A DNA stretch of 64,000 bases from Longimicrobiales bacterium (lineage in GTDB: Bacteria > Gemmatimonadota > Gemmatimonadetes > Longimicrobiales > Gaopeijiaceae), in the NCBI GenBank assembly GCA_041690395.1, contig JAWLHJ010000001.1, forward strand, positions 352,001 through 416,000. Reading direction: 5' to 3'. Shown here piece after piece: positions 49,785-59,434 of the stretch. Each line of letters opens with the position of its first letter. The stretch's first letter is position 1. The position numbers and the translations under genes were made by a program. Below the pieces are notes generated by a model. It was not told where the DNA came from and did no database searches. It saw only the letters and a program-made list of their open reading frames with translations.

Positions 49785-50569
49785 ATCCTTTCTTCTTCGG
49801 TCCCTCGGAGCGGCCCCTGTTCGGGGTGTACAGCCAGGCCCGTAACGTGTCCGGCAGCCCGGACGCGGTGCTGCTCTGCTACCCTGTGCTGGGGGAGTAC
49901 TTGCGGGCGCACAGAGCTTTCCGACAGCTCAGCAATCTCCTCTCCCGGACAGGCGCCAGCGTGCTTCGCTTCGATTATTCCTGCACCGGTGACTCCTGGG
50001 GCCGGGGAGAGGAGGCGCGCCTCGAGACCTGGATCGAGGATGTCGACTGGGCCATCGACGAGTTGCGGGATATGGTCGGAGCCTCGCGGGTTTCCATCGT
50101 CGGCTTGAGGTTCGGGGGAGCCATTGCAGCCTTGGCGGCTCGCGAGCGAGACGACGTCAAGCGGCTGGTCCTCTGGGATCCCATCGTGTCCGGAGAGCAA
50201 TTCATCCGCGAAGCTACGAGCGGCCAAGTCTCGTCAGACGGAAAGCCGCTCGGCGTGGAGGGAATACCCGTCACCGCAGCTCTCAAGGCGGAGCTCGAGG
50301 ATGTGGACCTGCTGAGCTTGGAAGGGGCCGCCGGGCGACGCACCGAGATCGTCGTGTCCACCGAGGAGCCCGCCTACGAAGAGCTGGCTCGCAATCTCCG
50401 AGCCGGCGGCGACGAGGTGCACCTGGAAGTGGTTCCCTCGTCCGGTAGCTGGACCGAGGCCGACCCCTTCGGCTCCGCCTACATTCCGGAGCAGATCATT
50501 CGAACGATCGTCGACAAGCTGACCGAAGCTGCGGGAGCGTCCGCTCCAGGGCGATTAGACGCTGGATGA
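49781..50569 (+). CDS. Alpha/beta hydrolase fold protein, exosortase-associated hydrolase 2-like
   Basis: LRFDYSCTGDS, elbow VGLRFGG, LVLWDP; ATGA-coupled to PKS. Confidence 0.78.
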   Translation: MNPFFFGPSERPLFGVYSQARNVSGSPDAVLLCYPVLGEYLRAHRAFRQLSNLLSRTGASVLRFDYSCTGDSWGRGEEARLETWIEDVDWAIDELRDMVGASRVSIVGLRFGGAIAALAARERDDVKRLVLWDPIVSGEQFIREATSGQVSSDGKPLGVEGIPVTAALKAELEDVDLLSLEGAAGRRTEIVVSTEEPAYEELARNLRAGGDEVHLEVVPSSGSWTEADPFGSAYIPEQIIRTIVDKLTEAAGASAPGRLDAG

Positions 50570-50746
50570 CTTGGAGGCGAGGGCGCGACCGTTCGCGGTC
50601 TCTGGGCGCAAGGTATCGTCGGCGTGTGTTGTACACTTCAGAATATGCTGCGACATTGACCCGTAGTTCCTCGAAGGATCGCCCCCCGTGAGTACGGCTC
50701 TCCTCTTCCATCTCGCGACTACGCGTCGTCGCCCCGAGGACTCCCC

Positions 50747-52150
50747 TTGCAGCTCAACTTCGTAAATCATGCCGGTTTCCTGGTCGAGACCAATGGCATC
50801 GTCCTCCTGTGCGATCCCTGGTTGGAAGGCTCTGCCTTCAACGGAGGGTGGCAGTTGCTCGCCCCGACAGCACTCCGCGACGAGGACATCCATCGCGTCA
50901 CGCACATCTGGTTCTCGCACGAGCACCCGGATCATTTCAGCCCCGCCGATCTGAAGCGTATTCCCGAAGAGGTCCGTGCTCGAATCACGATCCTTTTCCA
51001 ATCGAGCGTGGACCGCAAGCTGGCCCGCTTCTGCGAGAAGTTCGGATTCGCTGAAGTCCGAGAGCTGCAGCCAGACACCTGGTACCCGCTGAACGGGTCG
51101 GTCGAGATGCTCTGCAACCCGTTGCCGACGGAGTGGGACGCAGATTCGTGGATGTGCCTGCGCGACGGGGATCGGACGCTCCTGAACATCAACGACTGTG
51201 GTGTGGACGAGCCCGGGATCGCTCACTCGATCAAGGAGCAGGTGGGCCCGGTCGACGTTTTGATGACTCAGTTCTCCTACGCGGCGTGGACGGGTAACCC
51301 CGAGGATTCGCATCAACGGGGCGAGGTGGCGAAGGGAATCCTCGAAAACATCCGACTCCAGATCGAGGTGATCGAACCCCGTCAGGTGGTCCCGTTCGCC
51401 AGCTTCGTCTGGTTCTCGAGCCGGGCTGCGCACCACCTCAACGCCGACGTGAACCGGATCGACCGGGTCGTGGACTTCATCGATGGCCAGACCGAAGCCG
51501 AGACCGTCGTGCTCTACCCCGGAGACCGATGGACCGTAGGCGACGATCACGACAGCACGGGCAGCGTCTCGCGGTATCTGGTGCATCATGAAAGTCTTCC
51601 CTCGATGGACGAGCTGCCGATTCCCCGCACCGTGCCGGAAAGGGAGCTGCTCGAAGCGTCCGAGAGCTATGTGACCCGCCTTCGCGAGGCGGTGAGCCCG
51701 CTTCTCATCCGCCTCGACCAGGCTGTCGACGCGGGTAAAGAACTCGGAACGATGGAGCGCTTCGTTCAGCTTTTCAGGAACCCCGAGCCCGGCCTGATCC
51801 ACGTCGAAGATATCGAAAGAGCCTATGCATTCGATCCCGTTCGTGGTCTTCGTCCAGCTGGCGTCTCCCCTGGGATGTGCCACATTCGCACGGATTCGGA
51901 CTCGCTGTTGTTCGCGCTGAAGTTCTTGTGGGGTGGCGAGAGCCTGCAGGTCAACGGGCGGTTCATCGAGTTGCGGACCGATGGGGACGACGAGCTCGGG
52001 GCGACCGCCGACAAGGTATTTCGCCAATTCAGACTGGGTCGCAGTCTCGATCTGGGGCGGGATCTGAGTTGGACGGCGGTCGTACGCTCCGCGGCCCGGC
52101 ATCTCCAGAGCCTCTTCCCTGGATTCGAAACGAGGACCTCGGGGCGCTAA
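50747..52150 (+). CDS. Metallo-beta-lactamase fold protein (CMP-Neu5Ac hydroxylase/UlaG-like)
   Basis: NHAGF, LCDPWLEGSAFNGGW, SHEHPDH, DS..NIND, VPFASF; TTG start after GAGGA. Confidence 0.78.
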   Translation: MQLNFVNHAGFLVETNGIVLLCDPWLEGSAFNGGWQLLAPTALRDEDIHRVTHIWFSHEHPDHFSPADLKRIPEEVRARITILFQSSVDRKLARFCEKFGFAEVRELQPDTWYPLNGSVEMLCNPLPTEWDADSWMCLRDGDRTLLNINDCGVDEPGIAHSIKEQVGPVDVLMTQFSYAAWTGNPEDSHQRGEVAKGILENIRLQIEVIEPRQVVPFASFVWFSSRAAHHLNADVNRIDRVVDFIDGQTEAETVVLYPGDRWTVGDDHDSTGSVSRYLVHHESLPSMDELPIPRTVPERELLEASESYVTRLREAVSPLLIRLDQAVDAGKELGTMERFVQLFRNPEPGLIHVEDIERAYAFDPVRGLRPAGVSPGMCHIRTDSDSLLFALKFLWGGESLQVNGRFIELRTDGDDELGATADKVFRQFRLGRSLDLGRDLSWTAVVRSAARHLQSLFPGFETRTSGR

Positions 52151-52222
52151 CACCGCATATATTCCGGAGCAGATTCTTCGAACCATCGTGAACAAGCCGA
52201 CCGAACGACCTGGAGCGTCCGC

Positions 52223-53086
52223 ATGAAAGAGCGAGCCCTCACTTTTGGCCCGGACGGTATTCTCGTCGGGGTCCTGACGGAGCCCGATCCCAGCTTGGCT
52301 GTTCCCGGAGCACCGGGGCACGTCATTCTGAATTCGGGAATTCTCCACCGTGTAGGCGCGAGCCGCATCTACGTGCAGATCGCGAGGGCGCTAGCCGAAC
52401 GAGGCTTCACGACACTCCGGTTCGACTTCTCCGGTGTCGGCGACTCAGGGACCCGCAGGGACACGCTTCCCATCGAGGAACGGTTCGTCCAGGAAACCCG
52501 TGAGGCCATGGACTACCTGGCTGGCGTCAAGGGAATGGACCGGTTCGTACTCGGGGGACTCTGTTCCGGGGCCGACGGAGCGTTCTGGACGGCGCTGAAG
52601 GATGGCCGGACCGTCGGTATCTGGCAGATCGATCCGTTCACGTACCGGACGCTTGGTTACTATCTGCGACGCTTTGGTCCGAAGCTGCTCGATCCGAAGG
52701 CATGGCTGCACTCGATCCGGGTGCGGTTGCCCGGAAACAAGACGATCGACGAGACCGAGTCTGACGTTTTCGCCGCGCCGGAGTACCGACGGACCTTCCC
52801 GCCTCGAACGGTCGTCCGAGATGGATTGGGTGAGCTGCTGGCGCGTGACGCCTCAATGTACGTCTTCCTCACAGGTGGAGCCGAAGTCAACTACGAGCGG
52901 CAGTACGCCGACGCATTCCCCTCTTTGTCCGTTGGAGAGCGCGTAGAGGTGCGGTTCGTTCCGGAGGCTGGCCACACGCTCACCGGTCTCGACCACCAGC
53001 GGTTCCTAGTGGAGGAAATCGGACAGTGGATGTCTGGGCTTCATTCAGGCGCTTCGGTGACACCCGTCGGCGAGTCGGCCTACTGA
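52223..53086 (+). CDS. Alpha/beta hydrolase, exosortase-associated hydrolase 1-like (Cys nucleophile)
   Basis: LNSGILHRVGASR, LRFDFSGVGDS, GLCSGAD, AGHTL. Confidence 0.8.
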   Translation: MKERALTFGPDGILVGVLTEPDPSLAVPGAPGHVILNSGILHRVGASRIYVQIARALAERGFTTLRFDFSGVGDSGTRRDTLPIEERFVQETREAMDYLAGVKGMDRFVLGGLCSGADGAFWTALKDGRTVGIWQIDPFTYRTLGYYLRRFGPKLLDPKAWLHSIRVRLPGNKTIDETESDVFAAPEYRRTFPPRTVVRDGLGELLARDASMYVFLTGGAEVNYERQYADAFPSLSVGERVEVRFVPEAGHTLTGLDHQRFLVEEIGQWMSGLHSGASVTPVGESAY

Positions 53087-53150
53087 GCACCGTGGGTCGA
53101 GCCGCTCAAGGCGCTCTTATGTTCCTCTACGACCATCTAGTCTCGAGTCC

Positions 53151-54350
53151 GTGACTCGACTTCTGGTTACCGACGGAGAGCAGCGCTCGAGCCTGGCAGT
53201 CGTCCGATCTCTGGGGCGCGCCGGTCACGACGTGCATGTGTGCTCGACACACCGGCGGCCGCTCGCCGGGGCTTCCCGCTTCGTGCGAGCAGTGCATCGC
53301 GCGGCCGATCCAACCACCGACCCCCAGGCATACGTCGAGGCTGTGGCTAAGGTAGTCCGAGAACGTGACATCCAAGTCCTTCTCCCGACGACCGACACGT
53401 CGATGAGCCTCTTGCTGGATATGCCTCATCGGATTCCGGGCCTCATCATACCATTCCCTGACAGGAGCGTTTACGAGGCCATCGCCGACAAGCGCCACCT
53501 GATGCAGGTGGCCAGAGATGTGGGCGTTCCGGTGCCGCGCCAGGTGGTGATCGAAGCCCCGCTGGCAGACCCGGTGGCGCTCATGGATTTCTTCCCTGGC
53601 GAGGCGCTCGTCCTCAAGCCTGCGAGGTCGGCCGTTGTCGGAGTACACGGAATCCGCCGGTTCGGGGTCCGGATGCTGGAGCGAGCGAGTGACGCGCCCA
53701 CGGTACTGAGGGACTTCCCACCGGAAGCTTATCCGATACTCGCCCAGGAACGGATCACGGGACCTGGACTCGGGGCGTTCCTTCTCGCCGACGCGGGGCG
53801 GCCGCTCGCTTCCTTCGGTCATAGGCGGATTCGCGAGAAGCCACCCACTGGCGGGGTCAGCGTGTACCGCGAGGCTGTTCGTCTGCGGGAGGATATCCTC
53901 GGTCATGCCGAAAGGCTGCTCCAGGCCTTTCGGTGGACGGGCGTGGCAATGGTGGAGTTCAAAGAGGACGTCGCCACCGGGACGCCTTATCTCATGGAAA
54001 TCAATGGCCGCTTCTGGGGCTCACTCCAGCTCGCCATCGACGCGGGTGTGGACTTCCCTCGTCTCCTTCTGGACTTAGCAGAAGGACGGGAAGTTCCGCA
54101 CGCCCTCGAGCCGACGCGCCACGTGCGGAGCCGATGGCTGTGGGGGGATGTCGACCATCTAATCTGGATGTTGCGGCATGGGCGCCGGGCACGTGCCGCC
54201 GACACCACCCTTCCGGGGCCGCTCGGTGCTCTCGGACGGTTTCTCATGCCGTGGCGTCCCGGCGACCGCTTCGAGGTTCTCCGATTAACCGATCCGGCCC
54301 CCTTCCTACGCGAGTCCATTCAATGGTTCTCGGACCTGGCTTCACGATGA
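53151..54350 (+). CDS. ATP-grasp ligase (type often found in polysaccharide loci)
   Basis: SLAVVRSLGRAG, DKRHL, VLKP, QERITG, GVAMVEFK, LMEINGRFWGSL. Confidence 0.85.
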   Translation: MTRLLVTDGEQRSSLAVVRSLGRAGHDVHVCSTHRRPLAGASRFVRAVHRAADPTTDPQAYVEAVAKVVRERDIQVLLPTTDTSMSLLLDMPHRIPGLIIPFPDRSVYEAIADKRHLMQVARDVGVPVPRQVVIEAPLADPVALMDFFPGEALVLKPARSAVVGVHGIRRFGVRMLERASDAPTVLRDFPPEAYPILAQERITGPGLGAFLLADAGRPLASFGHRRIREKPPTGGVSVYREAVRLREDILGHAERLLQAFRWTGVAMVEFKEDVATGTPYLMEINGRFWGSLQLAIDAGVDFPRLLLDLAEGREVPHALEPTRHVRSRWLWGDVDHLIWMLRHGRRARAADTTLPGPLGALGRFLMPWRPGDRFEVLRLTDPAPFLRESIQWFSDLASR

Positions 54351-54429
54351 GGTGTGGTCCCTATGTCAGATCGGCTGCCACCACCAGCACCCAATTCGCC
54401 AAGACGCACCTGAGAAGCGGGCTGCGGAC

Positions 54430-55338
54430 TTACACCGCACTCCGGCGCGGCTCATGAGACTCCTGCCGGACCCAATCAACGACTGCCGTGGTCAGACGAT
54501 CCCGCAGCTCCTCGCGGCTGAATGTGTGATCCGAGTCTTCATAGTACTCCAACGTGAGCCGATCTCGGAAGTCAATTCCGGGCACCACCTCCAGTAGCTG
54601 CTCGCGATAGTTGTACTGCCTGGGTAGACCGGCGGTGAAGATGCACAGCAGCCGACCACCTCTGGTCACAATTCTTTCGAAATACTCCCTCATCAGAGGC
54701 TTGGGAACCCATGCATCCAGATTGAGGCTGGGGGCCTCCGGCTCCGGGACGGATTGTGCCCCTCGGCGCCCTAGCGCTCGTTTCATGGTTCCGAAGATTC
54801 GCCGTACGTAGCGATGCCTTCCCGTCAAGGCCTTCATCCACCAGTTGGCGCGGAGCAGACGGCGCCCGTAGTGCCTCACCCAGAATCCAGGAGTCAGGTG
54901 CGTATTGAGGTCCAGGAGTACCGCTCCGACCACGTCGTCTCGTCGTCCCATCGTCCGGAGCGCATTGTCTGCCCCGGAGCAGAGTCCAATGAGAACGAAC
55001 TGATGAGCACCGAAGTGGGCAGCCATGAAGTCGATCGCGTCGTCAATATCCGCCTCAACCCGTTCCTGAATCGATCTGCCTTCTGCACTTGGAGGAAGCA
55101 CAGAGTCGCCGATGCCTGAGAGGTCGAATCGAAGACTCGAGAACCCTTCAGAGGCGAGAGCTCGCCCGATTGACACATAGATGCGGTTGGGACCCGTACG
55201 ATGAATAATACCGGAGCTGATGAACAGGATTGCCGGTGCAGTTGGCGGACCCTCAGGTTCTCTCGGCACACACGTGGCTCCGACAAGGGAGCGATCGCGA
55301 CCGAAGACGACGGGAGCCTCGACGAACGGCGGTCTCAC
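54430..55338 (-). CDS. Alpha/beta hydrolase, hydrolase 1-like paralog (Cys nucleophile)
   Basis: SSGIIHRTGPNR, LRFDLSGIGDS, GLCSGAD, SDHTF; GTG start overlapping upstream stop. Confidence 0.8.
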   Translation of the reverse strand: MRPPFVEAPVVFGRDRSLVGATCVPREPEGPPTAPAILFISSGIIHRTGPNRIYVSIGRALASEGFSSLRFDLSGIGDSVLPPSAEGRSIQERVEADIDDAIDFMAAHFGAHQFVLIGLCSGADNALRTMGRRDDVVGAVLLDLNTHLTPGFWVRHYGRRLLRANWWMKALTGRHRYVRRIFGTMKRALGRRGAQSVPEPEAPSLNLDAWVPKPLMREYFERIVTRGGRLLCIFTAGLPRQYNYREQLLEVVPGIDFRDRLTLEYYEDSDHTFSREELRDRLTTAVVDWVRQESHEPRRSAV

Positions 55339-56078
55339 GCCACCCATTGCGCAATCCTGGCCAGAAGAACCGCCGGCACGGCGCCGACCCCCACGTTGCT
55401 CATCTCCTTCCAGGAGGGAGGGTTGGGAAAAACTTCGTACTCCACATCCCCGCCTCTCGCCTTGAGCTCACGATGGAGGCTGCGATGTTTAGGCAGATCC
55501 TCAGACACGATCGTGAGGACCCTTGACGGCAATCGCCGGACATCGGTGATGCTTGCCTTCGCCAGGCCCTGTTGAAGCCCTTCAGAGAATACAAAACCTT
55601 GTATCTCACGGTCTTCCCCGGCCTTGCCGTCAGAATCCTCCCAAATGTGCTCCGATACATAGTCCGCGCCGAAGGCGATCGGATCCCACAACACCAGGTT
55701 GTCGACGGACTTGGACTGTGCCATGGCATGGGCCGCAACCAGCGCGCCGATTCGTAGGCCGACGAGGGCTACCCGTCTAACGGAAGCTACATCCACCGCC
55801 TCTTGCACTGCGGTGCACGTGTCCTGGACCGCACCCTCGAAAGAAAGGTCCCGAGCTTCGCCTCCGGAGTTACCGGTACCGAAGTAGTCGAACCGGATGC
55901 AGTCCAAGCCGTTTTCGCCAAGCCGGCTCGCAAGAATGCGGCACGTACGGTAAGACCTCATGTACTCTTGGCCGAACGGCGGGCAGATTACCACAGCCTG
56001 TCGACGACGTCGACCAACAGCCGGGGTGTATACCCCCTGGAGCGGTCGTTCCGAAGTCCCGAGCAACAGCGGAATCAT
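55335..56078 (-). CDS. Alpha/beta hydrolase fold protein, hydrolase 2-like paralog
   Basis: CPPFGQEYMR, IRFDYFGTGNS, elbow VGLRIGA, LVLWDP. Confidence 0.8.
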   Translation of the reverse strand: MIPLLLGTSERPLQGVYTPAVGRRRRQAVVICPPFGQEYMRSYRTCRILASRLGENGLDCIRFDYFGTGNSGGEARDLSFEGAVQDTCTAVQEAVDVASVRRVALVGLRIGALVAAHAMAQSKSVDNLVLWDPIAFGADYVSEHIWEDSDGKAGEDREIQGFVFSEGLQQGLAKASITDVRRLPSRVLTIVSEDLPKHRSLHRELKARGGDVEYEVFPNPPSWKEMSNVGVGAVPAVLLARIAQWVA

Positions 56079-56122
56079 AGCCTACGTCACCAGATCAAGA
56101 ATCGGTCGCGACGGACGACCAG

Positions 56123-59100
56123 TCACGCACTGGCTGTTGCGGCCTCAAGGGCGGCCGCGACCTGTTCCAGCGAGTAGAAGAAGAGGAGGCGAGGATCCAA
56201 GCGCTGGCCTGTTTCCCGCTCCAGTTCGGCGATCACTCGAACCGAGAGCAGCGAGTGGCCACCCAATTCGAAGAAGTTGTCATCCCTGCCAACGGCATCG
56301 AGTTGGAGCAGGCCCTTCCAAGTCCCGGCAACCAGTTCTTCGGCTCCGGGACGGGGCGGACGAAAATCCTCGGTCTGTCTCGGAATGATCTTTGGAGAGG
56401 GCAAGGCAGCCCGATCGACCTTCCCGCTAGGTGTCCGAGGTATCTCCGGGATTTCCAGGAATAGCCCCGGGACCATGTAATCCGGTAGGGTCGCGCGGAG
56501 GTGCGCACGAAGCTCGCTCGGTGTCGCGCCTCCCGGTGTGTCGAATACGACCCAAGCCACCAAGCGCATGTCGCCATCGGCGAAATCCACGCCGTCGACC
56601 ACGGCTTCCTTGACGCTCCGGTGAGCACGGAGTGTCTGCTCCACCTCTCCTGGCTCAATGCGATGGCCTCGGACCTTGAGCTGCCAATCGAGACGGCCGA
56701 AGAACTCCAATTCTCCGGTGTGGCGATAACGGGCTCTGTCTCCCGTACGGTACATGCGACCGTAACCGTCCAGCTCGACGAAGCGCTGTGCCGTCAAGTC
56801 GGGGCGCCTATGATATCCCAGACTGACACCTCCGCCCCCGATCAACAACTCACCCTTCACTCCGATTGGTACCGGATGTAGCTCGCCGTCAACGATTAGC
56901 ACCTGAGTGTTGGCGATCGGCTTGCCAATCGGTATGGAGGGGAGCTCGAGGTCAGACGGCACGACCTGGTGGATGGTCGACCATATCGTGGTTTCGGTGG
57001 GACCATACATGTTCCAGAGTTCCCCGACCGACTCGACGAGTTGAGCCGCAAGATCCATCGGAAGCGCCTCACCGCCCACAAGTACCTTGAGCGACGCGTC
57101 ACCTTGCCATCCGGCCTCGAACAACATCCGCCAGAAACTCGGTGTGGCCTGGACGACTGTAGGCCGCCATACCTCGAGACTCTGGATGAATTCGTCCGGA
57201 TAGTCCAACTCATCCTGTGACGCCAGCACCACTCGAGCGCCGACGACCAAGGGCAGAAACAGCTCGAGGACAGAGATGTCGAAGCTGACTGTGGTGGCTG
57301 CGAGCAGGACATCCGATTCCTGAAGTCCAGGCTTGTCAGCCATCGAAGAGAGGAAGTTCACGACGTTCGCATGACTGACCTTCACCCCCTTTGGTCGCCC
57401 CGTCGATCCTGAGGTGTAGATGACATAGGCAGTGCTCTCCGGTTCCAGCTGAACCTCTGATCGGAAATCCGGATTCTCTTCGAACGCATGGTCGTCCAAG
57501 TTGAGGATCGTCGATCCGTCCGGCACCAGGTGCGCGGTATCATCCGCGCACACTATGGCAACAGCCTCTGAGTCCCCCACGATGAACTGGATCCGGTCCA
57601 ACGGATACTCGGGATCCAGCGGAACGTAACCTGCACCCGATCGGAGGATACCGATAAGCAGTGGGAGGATCCTGGCTTCACGGGTGAGCAATACGGCAAC
57701 CAGATCGCCCTCGGCTACTCCCGCCGCGCGCAAAGCTCCCGCAATCCTGGCCGACTCCGATTCTAGGTCCCCGTAGGTCAGAGTATGGGTAGCATCGCGA
57801 ATCGCGTCACGGTCGGGCGTTTTGCCAGCCCCCTCTAGCAGGAGCTCATGCACCAACGCATGCTCTCCTGCCTCACGCCCAGTGGTATTCCATTCAAGCC
57901 ACTCTACTCGCTCCTCGTCCGTCACCAACGATGCGTCGGCGATGGTTCTGTCGAGGTCCTCGAGGAAGAGGTCCAATACCTGATGGACGGCGTGCCCGAG
58001 CCGGAGGCCTGAAGCCCGGTCGAACAATTCCGTCGAGTAGGTGCAGGTCCCCTGGATTCCCTCCTCCTCAGAATTCATCAACCACATCGCGAACTCAGCG
58101 TGGGTCCAGGGCGTCGAAACGTGGAAACGTGTGGCCTCCAGGTTCCCCCAGATCACAGGTCGATCCGAGATATCCCAAAGATTCAGAGAAACCTGGTAGA
58201 CGGGCGTTCTCGACGGATCGTGAGGTAGCCCAAGGCTACGGACGACATCGTTGAAGGGAGCGTCCTGATGCGCCAGGGCGCCGAGCAGAGCGTTCTTGAC
58301 CGTCCGGAGGTAGTGACGAAGGGACTCGTTCGGGTCCACCGTAGTGCGCACGGGAATCGTATTGAGGAAACCTCCGATGAGGTTTCGCAACTCGGGGTGC
58401 GCGCGACCGGCTACGGGGGTCCCGACGATTATGTCCGTGGCCGATGTCAGGTAATGAATCGCCAACTTGAGACCAGCCATCAGCACCATGAACGGTGTCG
58501 CACCTACAGTCCGGCCGACCTCGGCCAGCCGGTCCCTCTTCGCGGGCGGGATCTCGAACGCGAAGTCGGATCCGGACAAATCGAACGCGCTCTTCCGCGG
58601 ATAGTCCGGGGTCAGCTCAAACTGAGGAAGGGGCTTCGACAGACGCTCCTTCCAGTACGCCAGGTCCTCCGTCAGACGTTCACCGGAGTATTGCGTCCGT
58701 TGCCACCGGATCCAGTCCGGAAACTGTATCGGCAGCGGGGGAAAGGATGGCTCTCGCCCCTCGGCCCGTGCCGCATAGCCTTCCGCGAGTTCCCGGACGA
58801 TGACGCTGAAAGAGAACGCGTCCGTGAGCATGTGGTGCAGGTTGCAGTACAGGACGGTTTCATCTTCCGAAAGCTGGAACACCTTGAAGTAGAGGAGTGG
58901 AGGTGTCTGAACGTCGAAATCGTGGAAGTACTCCTCTCGAATCCGATCGTGACAAGCGGACAGGCGCTCAGCACAGGAGATCCCCGAGAGATCCTCAACC
59001 GGAAGCTCTATCTCGACGCCCCGCGCGTACCGTAGTCGAGGTCGCCCACCGTCCTCCACGACGTAGGAACGAAGCGTAGCGTGGCGGGCAACAAGATCGT

Positions 59101-59434
59101 TGATCGATGCCCGCATGGCACGGTGGTCGAGCCTGCCCTTCAGATGATATGCGGCCACAACGTTGTAGGCCGGAGCGAGGCCTGCTTTACTGAAGTACCA
59201 CATTCGCTCCTGCATGAACGACAGGTCCGTGTCTTCGCCGCTCCAGCTCCGGGGAATACCGGCGGTGGCACCATTGCCGAGATGTTCGATGAGGGCCTGC
59301 TTGTGATCCGTGAGAAGCTGTTTCAGCTCTGTCGTCAGTGCGCCTGCAGGCCCCCGTACACGTAGGTCGGGACCAGACGCCGAAACGTCCAACCCACGTG
59401 CCTGGAGGGACGCGAGAATGTCCTCCGCGCTCAC
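56123..59434 (-). CDS. NRPS: TubC-type N-terminal docking domain - C - A - PCP
   Basis: ILASLQARG..LRVRGPAGALT..HKQALI; LSFMQERMW, HHMLTDA; YTSGSTGRPKG, YGPTETTIWS, SGKVDR; FFELGGHSLL. Confidence 0.93.
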   Translation of the reverse strand: MSAEDILASLQARGLDVSASGPDLRVRGPAGALTTELKQLLTDHKQALIEHLGNGATAGIPRSWSGEDTDLSFMQERMWYFSKAGLAPAYNVVAAYHLKGRLDHRAMRASINDLVARHATLRSYVVEDGGRPRLRYARGVEIELPVEDLSGISCAERLSACHDRIREEYFHDFDVQTPPLLYFKVFQLSEDETVLYCNLHHMLTDAFSFSVIVRELAEGYAARAEGREPSFPPLPIQFPDWIRWQRTQYSGERLTEDLAYWKERLSKPLPQFELTPDYPRKSAFDLSGSDFAFEIPPAKRDRLAEVGRTVGATPFMVLMAGLKLAIHYLTSATDIIVGTPVAGRAHPELRNLIGGFLNTIPVRTTVDPNESLRHYLRTVKNALLGALAHQDAPFNDVVRSLGLPHDPSRTPVYQVSLNLWDISDRPVIWGNLEATRFHVSTPWTHAEFAMWLMNSEEEGIQGTCTYSTELFDRASGLRLGHAVHQVLDLFLEDLDRTIADASLVTDEERVEWLEWNTTGREAGEHALVHELLLEGAGKTPDRDAIRDATHTLTYGDLESESARIAGALRAAGVAEGDLVAVLLTREARILPLLIGILRSGAGYVPLDPEYPLDRIQFIVGDSEAVAIVCADDTAHLVPDGSTILNLDDHAFEENPDFRSEVQLEPESTAYVIYTSGSTGRPKGVKVSHANVVNFLSSMADKPGLQESDVLLAATTVSFDISVLELFLPLVVGARVVLASQDELDYPDEFIQSLEVWRPTVVQATPSFWRMLFEAGWQGDASLKVLVGGEALPMDLAAQLVESVGELWNMYGPTETTIWSTIHQVVPSDLELPSIPIGKPIANTQVLIVDGELHPVPIGVKGELLIGGGGVSLGYHRRPDLTAQRFVELDGYGRMYRTGDRARYRHTGELEFFGRLDWQLKVRGHRIEPGEVEQTLRAHRSVKEAVVDGVDFADGDMRLVAWVVFDTPGGATPSELRAHLRATLPDYMVPGLFLEIPEIPRTPSGKVDRAALPSPKIIPRQTEDFRPPRPGAEELVAGTWKGLLQLDAVGRDDNFFELGGHSLLSVRVIAELERETGQRLDPRLLFFYSLEQVAAALEAATASA

